DNA of 64,000 nucleotides from Veleropilina oligotropha (Eukaryota): NCBI GenBank assembly GCA_048128005.1, contig JBEUKZ010000111.1, positions 186,001 to 250,000 of the forward strand, read 5' to 3'. Shown piece by piece: positions 26,946 to 38,691 of this stretch (position 1 is its first letter; each line of letters starts with the position of its first letter). The notes under the pieces were generated by a model. It saw only the letters and a program-made list of their open reading frames with translations, ran no database searches and was not told where the DNA came from. The position numbers and the translations under genes were made by a program.

Positions 26946-28163
26946 CTCATTCCAGCCCACATCGGAGCTGTCTGTATATGTATCCGATTGTTGAATGTAG
27001 ATGTTTCAAAGAATGACATGAATAAAAACACTTTGGACACCACCAAGACGCCAGTAGATATTATTGATTGTACATTTTATTGTGGCAAATCTAAACATCA
27101 GTGATATGCTTGTATGGTGGCGATAGCATATATTGGCAATCAGACAGACGACATAAACGTGGTCTCGAACCAGTACAGTAAAAATTGCAGAAAACCAGTC
27201 ATTTTCAACACATATCGGTCAAGTGGATAATTGATGTTTACAATAACCAAGTTACTATTAATAGTTATCGCACATATTAGTTCATTTTAAAGTTATTATT
27301 ATAGCCTATATAATATATGTAGGCTATTGATCATTACTTTATGAACAGTGTTTAAAATTCTTGGTAGTCCATTGGAGCAGTGGTTTTAAATTTGTGTTTC
27401 TAACCCAGATAATTATATGCAATAAATGATTGTCGGGTCAGAAAGAGACCCCAATCCGAAGGAGGTTAACTCAGTCTCTGCCATATGACTGAAAAATTGT
27501 AAAATTGGTAAAAAAACATCAAGTCATACCTGCATAAAAACGTATACAATTAAGCTCTCTGAAACTTTAACAACATACAGACAAAAAGATAAACTATCAT
27601 CGTCTTAATTTACTAAATGTTATGAAATACGTGACATACTGTCACAGGATGAATATAAATAAGCGATTGAAAAACGGAATATGTCTAAAATATTTTCAAT
27701 GGTTTAAATATATTAATTTGATACTACTTCATTATATGGTCTTAGCAGAAGAGAAAATATATTTATAGTCATAATATGGTGCAGAAAGAATTATATTAAG
27801 GATGCCGTATGCTTTCTGATGCTAAAAGAGCATAACTGTGGAACAAAATAATTAAAGAATATATAATAGAAATTTGTTAACAGTAGACTATATATATGTT
27901 ATCTGTGAAAATATCATATTTAATATTAAATCATTCTACAGAGCAGAAGTTTACGCATCACGCAGACCTTTTATACGGACACATGGGTTCGGTCAATACG
28001 CATCACGTTTCACGCATCATGCATCACGCATATATGGGTGCGTAGCTTAAGCAGCATATCAATCACTTATGTTTCCAGATTACCGTGTCCGCATCCAGGG
28101 GTAAGTAACATGAAGTAGTCATATCAATCACTTATATTTCAAGCTTACCGTGTCCACATCCAT

Positions 28164-29280
28164 AAATTTACGCTAAGTTTTGACAACCTATTAAAAATAT
28201 ATATAACATTCATACGACCAAAACTAGAATGTGGATCTGAAATATGGGACGGTATGACAGAATATGAGAGCCACCGCCTTGATTTGATTGAAAACGAGGC
28301 TATGAGGATCGTCACTGGTCTACCTCGTTATGCATCTATTAATCATTTATATGAGGAAACTGGAATAGTGTCCTTAAAATCAAGACGAAAGAAGAAAAAG
28401 ATGTGCTTTCTTTATAAGATAATAAATAAAATGGTACCGGATTATCTGTTAAATTTACTTCCTCGCTATGCCAGTGACATGACATCCTATGCTTTTAGAA
28501 ATAGAGGTGATTTTGTTCAAGTTCCTAGCAGGCTTGACATTAGTCGACGATCTTTTTTCCCTTCTACTATTCGGTTATGGAATAGTTTATCAGCGTCGAT
28601 TAGAAACTCACCAACTTTAGCTTCATTTAAAAAGGCTCTTACTCCAGAAAAGTCAAAACCATCATGCTACGTCACCAAATCCAGACGCCTTGACGTTATT
28701 CATAGACAGATACGTAGAAATTGCAGTGCTTTAAATTATGATCTTTATGCAAGCCACATAATAGCATCTCCATCTTGCTCGTGTGGGTTTCCCTATGAAA
28801 GTGTCGAACATTATTGGTTGAATTGCGTAAATTATGCGAATGAACGAGCTTTACTTTTGAATAATTTGAGAAATTATGATTTATCATTGGATGTTCTATT
28901 AAATGGTATAAGCTCGTCATCGGAAGTAATAAATAAAGAAATTTTCAATCATGTTCAAAATTACATTAGCACTACTCATAGATGTATTTAATTCACTACG
29001 CACTATCATCATACAAGACTCGGGATTTCGAATGAATGCAGATATTTGTCTTAATCAATGCGTACCTGTGTGTTACACTATGTATACGATGTATTTCTTT
29101 TTGTTCTGTTAATCTCATTTTATATCTTAAATGCACATGATTTTGTTTACTTATGGCAATCCATCTTGTCTTAATGTATAATCATTTATTTGGAGGAAAG
29201 TGTACACCGATCAGTTTTATAACTGTTTTACCCAATCCTATTGTAAAAATATTTTTTTACAAATAAATACGTTTAAACTA
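28164..29280 (+). mobile_element. 5'-truncated LINE (3' end of ORF2 plus 3'UTR)
   Basis: 8-bp TSD acatccat (28156-28163 and 29281-29288); contains ORF 28254-28991; aataaa near the 3' end. Confidence 0.82.
28254..28991 (+). pseudogene. LINE ORF2 C-terminal region
   Basis: IENEAMRIVTG, SFFPSTIRLWNSL and a CSCG...ESVEHYWLNC Cys/His motif. Confidence 0.8.
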
Positions 29281-32149
29281 ACATCCATGGGTAGGTAACA
29301 TGAAGTAGTCATATCAATCATTTATATTTCAAGCTTACCGTGTCCGATCCAGGGGCAGGTAACATGATATAGTCATATCAATCATTTGTATTTCAAGCTT
29401 ATGGTGTCCGATCCAGGGGTAGGTAACATGATATAGTCATATCAAGCATATAATGACTGGAAGAATGTCCATGATTGCATATTTTTAACAAATATATTAT
29501 TAGGTAAAAATCGCATTCTGAGGTAAAAAATTCAATTTTAAAATAGCTTTAAATATTACCACTGTAGGGTTAGATAACACGCTACCCGCCATCGGTCTTG
29601 ACACCCCTGCCTCAAGTGGTACGGTCTGCTGACTCGAACGCGAATGCTATTTTTAGCCCGGTGCAACAATGCTGTCAGGCAAGCGTGACGGGGTACCGAG
29701 AGTGAGATAGGCAGAGAGAGATTGCATATTGAAGTATTAGAAGATTGAAATACTCGTATCTCACACAAATTGATGCTTCGGCATATGAGTTAAGGAGACA
29801 ACCCCTGACGCATTGAGGAACTTTAACCAATAATATTTGTCGAAATTATACAAAAATCGAACTCTACATCAGTTTTGTATTTTGCAAAACAGTCACAAGA
29901 TTTTAATGAAATACAATGCACGGTTTTTAAGATAATTACCGGAAACCACAGCCGGTTCAGACACACAGACAACCGAGGGTATAACATAATACCCTACCAC
30001 AACAATTGATTTAAAACATGCATATTGTTACTTATATAGGATGATTGACAAATTTAACCAAAAACTTTGACAACCAGAACCAATTGTTGACACCGGTCGG
30101 ACAGCCAGACGACATGCTTATTAAATGGGCCCGCATAATGGCGAATTTGCGTTGCATATGAGCCAAAAATCAGAAGTTTATCACAGCACATAAGAATGAT
30201 GTCAAATACGACCTCGAATATCATCATTGATAATCTATTCTTTTCTAATATTATATTTTACTAAATTTTTGGAGAGGAAAGTTTCGATATTAATTCCACT
30301 GTGCGTTTTTGTCTAATAGTATATATTTATATCACATTGTGTTCCCGTAATACGCAAATGACAAAAGTTGAAAGCAAATAATGGAGCTGATTGATCGATC
30401 CAGAATAAAATATGAATAATCTGGTTGTACATCATTTAAACGTAATTTATTGATTATATTTGCAAATGTTTTGCCAACTCTAAAATCATCTTTGAAAAAC
30501 ATTCGCATTTAAATTTTTCACCGGCACTGTGGCATCTGCCTAACAATATACCAACTACTGAACTAACACCGCATGCAGTAGCCATGTCTTTTTCTATTGC
30601 GTACATCACAGACAATTAAGATAATGCAACAAATTTGACATTAATAATGCATCAATTTACAAAATATGATAATATACCATTGCAATGCAATTTAAAAAGG
30701 CATGTATTTACATAATACTATATGCAAGTGCATTGCAATAGCAAAGGCACAATGGCCGTATTGGAGTGTAGAAAGCTAAATTACTTTGACTTTATGTTCT
30801 ATTGTCACTTGAAGTTAATCCCAGACAGTAGCCTACTTGTCCCGCCAAAGAAATATGTAAATTGCCTGGCATTGGAAAATTTCATGTGTGCTCATTTGCA
30901 CATCATAGTAACAACAAGACGGAAAGGAACCATCGGCACGTTTCATGCATTTGGGAATGTCGGTGTCTTATGACCGAGTCAATGGTGTCACAAGGGCCCA
31001 AGCTGTGTCAAGGCGGTTTACTGAGGATGGAGTCCTTCAAATATCTTCACTACTGACGGAGTTGATAACATTGACGAGTCTGCTCGTATTGAAATCCATG
31101 GAACTGGCATATTCGTGACAAACCATCTGACTGATGACAACATGGAGGTGGACGATCCACATCAAACCCCTATGCTGTCGAAGATGCCACTATCCAACTT
31201 CCTGTTGAATTAGCCCACATGCCCTACATGATGAACAGGCTGGAGTTATCTTTTCATCTATTCCAACTGAAACATTGGGCCAACTTTCGCTGAAAATATC
31301 CGAGCTGGAGTACATGAAGACGCATGGCTCAACAAGCTCCCCAAGGTCCTGGTTAACACGGACGCAAAGCTTGAAGAAATACCAATGACCTATTCTAGGT
31401 TCTCACCTCATGGCCAATTTGCCAGAAGATGTCAGACCGAGAGTTACAGTGGCGGTGTTCCCCACCTTCTAGGAGAAGGCCTCGCCAATGGCCATGCAGA
31501 AATAATCAATGCGTATATTAAAAAATCAATAGAGTTTGGTAATCCTGGCCAAGTTTAGTAATATATAAGGTGACTGTCCTCTGACTGTCTATGCTCAACA
31601 GATGTCAGTGGGAGTACCCCGAAGAGGTTGGTGACTCGAAAATGGTGTGTTTCTCCATGTTGCGATAACGTTCCAAGATTGTGGCAGTAAGCTGGTATAT
31701 TGGGGTATATCATTACTGGCGTTGTAGCTGGCAAGTGCGTCAAGCGTACACGATATGCATACCATATTACGTTTGCATGGCTCGATATTCTCATATTGCA
31801 GCCATATGTGAGTACCGCCGCTAGCTACATGGACCTTACATTGAGTTCAATCATTATATTTACATTCGTTTTTAACCACAATCCCGTAAAAATAAACATA
31901 ATATTTAGTTTGTTATGATGTAGCTATTATTGTATATTTACATCGATCGCTATTTAGCTCACCACAGTTTGATTGCGTTCATACTACTATGAACGCAATA
32001 GAGAAAATAGGCCAGGCGTAGTAATATCGTACTATGTTTCTTGTTATAATATTATTGCTAAATATGTAAAGTTTTGCCTCTAATGTAAACTTTACATTAT
32101 CTATTTAATAGCAAATAAATTTATGAATTGAATTTAACAATATTGTTCA

Positions 32150-33719
32150 TTATTTTTACCACAGAATGAAGTCCATACAGGAACTATTGTTTTGCACGAT
32201 GGAAAGGCTGTTCCGTTAATTTGACATTATCTGACGATACATACAATAATGACTACAACCATTTTACCACATTATTTAAGTCACTTTGAAGTTTCTTTGC
32301 ATCTTCTTCAGTTTCGATAATTCTGTACAGTTTGGTATAGTCTGCAAACTTTTTTACTAGAGATGTAATGACGCCATCCATATCATTTAAATATATGAGA
32401 AACAACAATGATCCCAAAACAGAACCTTGTGGGACTCCACTTAGTACCGGTTCCCACTTTGAATTTATCCCATTTATTACAATTAACCATCTGTTTTCTA
32501 TTTTCTAGCCACTTACATATCCAATTTAGTATTGGGCCTTTAATGCCATGGTTACTTAATTTTGTAATAGTCGTCTATGTGGTACTTTATCGAATGCTTT
32601 CTGAAAATCAAGATATATAATATCAACTGGTTCGCCCTTGTCAATTGCACTTGTTACATCTTAAAAAAATTCAAGCAAGTTTGATAAACAAGATCTTTTC
32701 TCCATAAACCCATGCTGACTAAGGTTCAGAAGGCCAAATTTATTTGTGTTTTAAGATATATTTTGCCTACTATATTGATGTCAGACTAACAGGTCGGTAA
32801 TTTTGGGTATTTGATCGACTACCTTTTTTAAAGATTGGGGTAATATTACCAGTTTTCCAGTCATCAGGCAAGCTGCCTTCTTGTAGAGTTTTATTGAATA
32901 TCAGGGCTAATGGCTTTGCTAATTCATCCTTACCATATTTTAGCAATTTGGGATATATGTTGTCAGGACCTGGAGCTTACTGACATTTAGTAAGTTTATC
33001 TTTTTTTCAACCATTTCCGTAGTAATTTCAATAGTTTCACAAAATTTTGATGATTTTCATAAATATGTTTTCCGGTGGAATGTTTACTGTGTCCTCAAGC
33101 GTATAAACAGATGCAAAATATTTGTTTAGGGATTCTGAAATTTGTGCATCATCGGATATAACGTTTACATGTTCATCATTGAGGGGACCTACGACATCTT
33201 TTGTTTTTTGTTTTGACCTAATATAAGCATAAACAGATTTGTGATTTTCCTTGATGTTTTCTGCTACCTTTTCTTCAAAAGCTTTTTTGGCTGCTCGGAT
33301 TTCTTTTTTACTTTCTTTTTCACATTCTTTATATTTTTGGTGCTCTACGTTGTCGTGTGCCACTCTGTACCGTTTCCAAAGTTTATATTTCCTTCTTATA
33401 ATTTTTGTGACTTTCTGGACAATGGTTGTGAATGTTTTTTGCGTCTACACTTTAATGGAACATTTCTTTTCATTATTTCTTCGATTACATTCTTTGGCAT
33501 TTACGTTTTCAGTTCCCTCCCAGTTTATATTTTGGAGATCTGCTTTAATTTTGTCAAAATCTGCTTTTCGAATATCTGGTATTTCTTGTTTGCTAGTTGT
33601 CACAATTGTTTTTGTGTGTAGCTGAAATTCAATTAAATCATGATCACTACTTTCAAGTTTCCCAATTCTGCTAATGTTTTGTACCATATTTACCTCACTG
33701 AAAAACACTGTCTAATAAA
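32150..33719 (-). mobile_element. CR1-type LINE ORF2 (end of EN plus RT), decayed; left half of the element split by the viral insertion
   Basis: SDHDLIEF, PGPDNIYP, YRPVSLTS, QHGF, SGVPQGSVLG and FADYTK (from FADDTK) motifs on the minus strand. Confidence 0.9.
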
Positions 33720-33920
33720 GGGGGGACTAAGGCGGTTTAGACTAGGGGCCCTGGGCACCCGGGGAGGCTCCCAGCGCCATCCGAAACTCGGGTAGCTTAG
33801 AATAGTCAGCATGGGGCATTTTAGAAGAATCCAGGGGGGGCGGGTCCCCGGGGGGGTCTCCCAGCGCTGTCCGCATCTAGGGTAGCTTAGAATCGTCAGT
33901 AGGGGGTCATTTATAAGAAT
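33720..33920 (+). repeat. Left terminal inverted repeat
   Basis: ggggggactaaggcggtttagactagggg...tcatttataagaat is the near-perfect reverse complement of 49927-50133. Confidence 0.95.
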
Positions 33921-34415
33921 TGTTTGAACAGAGCTGGTAGTAAGAGCCCAATAGCTGTAACGTTATACCAGGAAGTAAATAAAACTCAGGGCGAGCCTAT
34001 TGTTTGTGGAGTTGGCTAACTGGGTCACTATCAAGGGGATTCCCCCGATTGAAAGACATTGCCCAGTGAATGGATACAATTATTTACTTCCTGGTTATGG
34101 CAACCTTATAACCAGGGAGAGTTGACTGGACTAATTGATCCGGGTTAATTGGCCCCCTCCACAATATGTCAATAGTGGCGTAGGTTCATTTTAATCAATG
34201 TCGTCTATGTTGAAAGTTGTCGTGATTTAATATTCACGACATAACTGTCGAGACACCTCCTCTAAGCCTGACATGGGAACCGGACTATATAAGAACTGTC
34301 TTGCTTTAGTATTTATAAGATCTGGCCCTCAATGCATATTCCACAACAACCTCATCAGTTTGCTTTCGCGTGTTGCGTTTCGAATTCTGAGGAGGCTGGC
34401 CGCGTGGCAGAAAAT

Positions 34416-35077
34416 GCTGAGAGAGGGTCGTGAAGAGGGTGGCGCCACCACAGGCCGAGAGAGGCCCCGGGGCCAAGAGAGGGTCGTGAAGAGGGTGGCC
34501 GAGAGAGGCCCCGGGGCCAAGAGAGGGTCGTGAAGAGGGTGGCCGAGAGAGGCCCCGGGGCCAAGAGAGTGTCGTGAAGAGGGTGGCCGAGAGAGGCCCC
34601 GGGGCCGAGAGAGGGTCGAGAAGAGGGTGGCCGAGAGAGGTTCCGGGGCCGAGAGAGGGTCAAGAAGGGGGTGGCCGAGAGAGGGTCGAGAAGAGGGTGG
34701 CCGAGAGAGGCCCCGGGGCCGAGAGAGGGTCAAGAAGACGGTGGCCGAGAGAGGGTCGAGAAGAGGGTGGCCGAGAGAGGCCCCGGGGCCGAGAGAGGGT
34801 CGAGAAGAGGGTGGCCGAGAGAGGCCCCGGGGCCGAGAGAGGGTCGAGAAGAGGGTGGCCAAGAGAGGGTCGTGAAGAGGGTGGCCGAGAGAGGGTTGAG
34901 AAGAGGGTGGCCGAGAGAGGCCCTGGGGCCGAGAGAGGGTCGAGAAGAGGGTGGCCGAGAGAGGCCCCGGGGCCGAGAGAGGGTCGAGAGAGGCCGAGAG
35001 AGGGCCGAGAGAGGGTCGAGAAGAGGGTGGCCGAGAGAGGCCCCGGGGCCGAGAGAGGGTCGAGAGAGGGTCGAGGG
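34416..35077. repeat. GC- and purine-rich minisatellite, 44-bp unit (18+26-bp submodules)
   Basis: gccgagagaggccccggg plus gccgagagagggtcgagaagagggtg, repeated with variable arrangement. Confidence 0.95.
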
Positions 35078-35186
35078 TGGCAGCAGCAGCAGGGGGGGGG
35101 GGGTGATTGGGCTTTTCTATGAGGGTGCAGCGTGGAGGGGAGACTGGAAAATGTGTTTAGGCGGGGACTACCCGAGATTGCAGCCA

Positions 35187-35594
35187 TTAAATGTAGATGT
35201 CATTCCCACTGGCTAACGTGCAGTTGCATGATGACAGGTGTCCTATTTGACTCCATGCACCACCACAGCCGGTAGATAACATTGAGAAATAATGCCCGTT
35301 TTTACCGGTACATCGGGAGGGCTGTTCACACTGGATGCAAACGACGGTATTTGGGTCGGGGCCACAGTCATTCTCTCCATCGACAACATAGTAGTGGCAC
35401 GATGGTGGGGGAATTGGAGGTGGGTCCCGTAGCAAGTTTCTCCGCAAGTAGTCGTGCCTTATGTTGTACAGGGGGTGGTTTCGGTACCTAGCCCACGTAT
35501 GTTCGAGAATTAATGCGGTGTCGTGTGACGACGCCTGGGAGACACCCGCTAGCCAGGACACCGCGGCAATGCACAGAAGTAGCATGGATTTCAT
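35187..35594 (-). CDS. Putative secreted cysteine-rich protein (135 aa)
   Basis: Signal-peptide-like N-terminus MKSMLLLCIAAVSWLAGVSQA, Pro-rich linker and 8 Cys in the C-terminal half; intact ATG-to-stop ORF. Confidence 0.65.
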   Translation of the reverse strand: MKSMLLLCIAAVSWLAGVSQASSHDTALILEHTWARYRNHPLYNIRHDYLRRNLLRDPPPIPPPSCHYYVVDGENDCGPDPNTVVCIQCEQPSRCTGKNGHYFSMLSTGCGGAWSQIGHLSSCNCTLASGNDIYI

Positions 35595-35673
35595 GGTTGT
35601 GGCGTATCACTGTCTGAGTTCTAGCTTTAATACGAGGGAGGGGGGTAGTCCCCCCCACGATTAACCTGGATGG

Positions 35674-36314
35674 TTAATCTCCAGCTCCGATTTTTTTCAG
35701 CAATTCTGCGCGTCCCTCTTTACGACCACGCTCAATAAGCTTGCTTTGGGTCTGTGAAACCGCGGTGTGCGCCTTTAGACTTTTGATACGCAGGGTGGCC
35801 TTCATTGCCCGATATTTCGTCATCTCGTCTCTGACCAGTTGGAATTCATCATCAGACTTCTCCCCATCCGCTAAGGCCTTTGAGATGTGGTCGGTGATGG
35901 TGTTCAGTTTGCTTTCGGCCAGTACTCGTATCTCGTCGTGCTTCTTAGCCTTCACTTGGAGGCGGCGGCTAATGTATTTTCCACCCATACTCGCGAGCCC
36001 ACACACCAACGCCGCTAGTCCAGCACTAGTACAATAGGTGCTGCAACGATCGTGGACAACAGTCCGATGCCGGCGCTACCCATACCAAGGGTGGCAACGA
36101 CAAGGGCCGAATCTATCCCGTCAACGACATTCATGCCTCTTCGGTACTTCTTGTACAGGGCAGCCCGTGTGTCCCTCTCTCGTTCTAGCTGTCCCTGAAG
36201 CTCATTCACCTTCTGTAGTCGGAAAGACTGTGCCTCCGGCAGTTCTGAAAGCACATCGCCACTAAGTTGTGGGTACAGCGTTGGCGCTGATGGCGCTGAG
36301 GGTTTGTTGTCCAT
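35674..36314 (-). pseudogene. Two-TM helical viral membrane protein (~213 aa), one frameshift near 36015
   Basis: ORFs 36015-36314 and 35674-36009 join across a 1-nt deletion (PIVLVLD / AALVCGLAS): coiled coil, hydrophobic hairpin, charged tail. Confidence 0.7.
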
Positions 36315-36662
36315 CTATACGTGGCTGTATTGTTCAGCCTGTTGGTTTAAAATGTCTACCTTAACGTTCAAATACAGGGTGTTCACCCATGGGGCCTTGA
36401 GGGCAAAGGCGAGGGTTAACTTGTCCGCATCCAGGCCAAGTTTACTCATGGAACATGCCTTGGGGCTGCCCCCGGCCGGCTGGACCGGCGTCATGTGGAT
36501 CATTAGAAGGGATGGGTTCAACCCAAACCGACCTCCAGTGTTTGGAATCATGAACTCCCTCCTCGCCATCCCCTTCTTGGGTGCTTCCCCACAACTAAGA
36601 ACAACGTGCCACTGGGTTGCTGAAGGCTCTTCTGCGAGAAGGGTCCCATAGATGCTGATCAT
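36315..36662 (-). CDS. Hypothetical viral protein (115 aa)
   Basis: ATG overlaps the upstream stop (ATGA) and its stop abuts the next ATG. Confidence 0.55.
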   Translation of the reverse strand: MISIYGTLLAEEPSATQWHVVLSCGEAPKKGMARREFMIPNTGGRFGLNPSLLMIHMTPVQPAGGSPKACSMSKLGLDADKLTLAFALKAPWVNTLYLNVKVDILNQQAEQYSHV

Positions 36663-37372
36663 TGTATCTCGAGGACTGCGGAAATAGGCATACCGTGGTT
36701 GTCTAGCAGGTTACCGTCTGAATATGTGATATAAACCTTCAATTCCGTGAGTAGCCCCGCCTGTATTCGCTGGAAGGCTGGATAGCTATGATAGTGGGCA
36801 GCCTCACCGAACATCTGCGATGTTATAGGGACCACCGCGAGAATATTGCTCGGGGTGCCGTCCTTCACATTAGCTGTGGTACTCAGCTGCTCCAGATGAA
36901 CTTGCAGGGTTGCTGAAATGGCAAAACCCACAGGCTTGTTCCCGTCATAAGTCCCGGGGCGTAGCCACCCAGAGAGGTTGAAGCCGACAGGCTTGTTCCC
37001 GTCATAAGTCCCGGGGCGTAGCCACCCAGAAAGGTTGAAGCCGAGGAGTGTAAGTAGATCATCGCTTATCGCGAGTCGAGTCCCCTCTGGAACAACGAGT
37101 TGCGCGAGTCCGGTAGCATGGCTTACCTCGAGCCGCATGTTAACATGCGACCTCTTCAGAGTCTTGGCGAGTGAATCGAAGCTGTAGAAACCTGGTGCCA
37201 CCTCCACTTCGTTATTGGGGGTTTTGAAGAAGGCCCCAGCGTGCACGTTATGCCAGCCGACCCAATAGTCGAGCGACCGCAAGCCAACACATAGCTTGCC
37301 CTCCCGGTTGTCTATCGGCTGCAGGAGGGCAACCGCGGTCCCCTCTTGAACACTCGTTAATGTGTGGAACAT
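36659..37372 (-). CDS. Putative minor capsid (penton, single jelly-roll) protein; likely start MFHTL at 37372
   Basis: VAPGFYSF and the C-terminal pattern SNILAVVPI...ELKVYITYSDGNLLDNHGMPISAVLEI resemble Polinton/adintovirus pentons; contains a 19-aa duplication. Confidence 0.7.
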   Translation of the reverse strand: MFHTLTSVQEGTAVALLQPIDNREGKLCVGLRSLDYWVGWHNVHAGAFFKTPNNEVEVAPGFYSFDSLAKTLKRSHVNMRLEVSHATGLAQLVVPEGTRLAISDDLLTLLGFNLSGWLRPGTYDGNKPVGFNLSGWLRPGTYDGNKPVGFAISATLQVHLEQLSTTANVKDGTPSNILAVVPITSQMFGEAAHYHSYPAFQRIQAGLLTELKVYITYSDGNLLDNHGMPISAVLEIQ

Positions 37373-37375
37373 AGT

Positions 37376-38691
37376 ATGGCTAAGAGCCCCTTCGCTTTCA
37401 ATAGGAGTGCGGCCTATCCGACCGGTGTGGTGTACCCAGCAAAGATAAAAGACGAGCAGCTTACAAAACCAAGCATCGTTGTCTCCTCGTCTGAATCTCC
37501 CCATCCTGCATTCGGGGCAGACTACCCAGACGTCTTTCAAAAATACCGCCCCCCACATGTCGTGAGTGACCGGCTAATACGGGATTGGAACAGCACACCC
37601 ATGCAGTTTTGGCAGAACAAGGTCAACTTCGCAGTCTGGTGTGCCACAACAGGTTCCGGAGTATCCGCAGAAGACCACTTGGAGGCCACCGACCCCCTTT
37701 TCAGAGTCGTATTCACCTTCCACGTCTACTATCAGGTCAGAAGGGTATTGACCGAAATTCAGGCGCTGCTGCCGCAAGACACGACGTGGGATGCATTCGA
37801 CACCCCGTATGACCGAAGGGCATATGATAAGATCTGCAGCGAGTTTGGAGTGTCTACGCACACCGACTGGCGAGTCGAGGGTCCCAATAAAGGGCTCGGC
37901 ACTGCGTACAGCTACTGGACGAACAATGGCTACCACTCCATAGGTCATGCGTATGATCCCAGCCGAATGTCGTTCACACAAGGTACGACGAACAAGAATC
38001 TGCACGTGGACTACATCGCGCAAGCACCTGCGCTTACAGACGGATGGACTTCGTTTATACTGGACAAGTCGGTGGGGATTACCCAGGCCGGCGTGGAAAG
38101 GCTCAATGATTCCATCAGGACCTACGTCTGGGCGATTATTGGAGCGCAGGCTCAAACACGTGCAAGCATTCTGGGTAGTGGGACAGCATTTGACACGCAG
38201 AAACAGTTCCTGGCGAACGTGGAAGATGCCATCGCATCGCCAGTGGACCTCGCAGCAGCAATCAAACGGTACCAGGAGGTGCTACAGTATGCCAGGTCCA
38301 AGGTAGACTTCGTATTCGGCGTTGGCCTGTACATGGCGCCAAGTGACATGCTCCTGCGGATAGGGCATGTGGCTGGGTATAACAACGAGATCGTCGTTGC
38401 CACGGAAGACCAGACACTAGGTCTTAATACAACCGTCCAACGCGGCCAGTGTTCCACCCAACGCCACTGGGGGTACTGGAGAACAAGGACTGGTAATTCC
38501 ACAAGACGAGGTCGCAGTCTTACGGGCAGATGCTCCGAAGCATCTAAACGATGAGGCGGCAGCTGTTCCAGCGGCCCCCCCCCCCCGCCGCCGGGGCTGT
38601 GGCACATGACGAGGAGAAAACCGCACTCATCGTGGGCGGCGTTGTCGTTGGCCTAGCGTTCATCTGGCTGGCTGCACCCCAAACCGGCTAG
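37376..38691 (+). pseudogene. Conserved-looking viral protein with a C-terminal TM anchor; frameshifted after ~38440
   Basis: Long ORF 37364-38554 (first ATG at 37376). Another frame ends HDEEKTALIVGGVVVGLAFIWLAAPQTG* at 38691. Confidence 0.65.

Larger units (their letters stand above)
28056..29445. repeat. ~62-bp minisatellite (~5 copies) split by the LINE insertion
   Basis: The unit atccaggggtaggtaacatga..tagtcatatcaatca.ttatatttcaagcttaccgtgtcc occurs at ~28056-28163 and 29281-29445. Confidence 0.8.

Noticed and set aside
30960..31530. Possible old LINE remnant
   Set aside because: Slightly GC-richer and coding-like, but no motif could be confirmed by eye.
34273..35216. Arg/Gly/Glu- or Pro/Ser-rich ORFs over the minisatellite
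   Set aside because: They are open in most frames on both strands because of low complexity, and the 44-bp unit is not a codon multiple.
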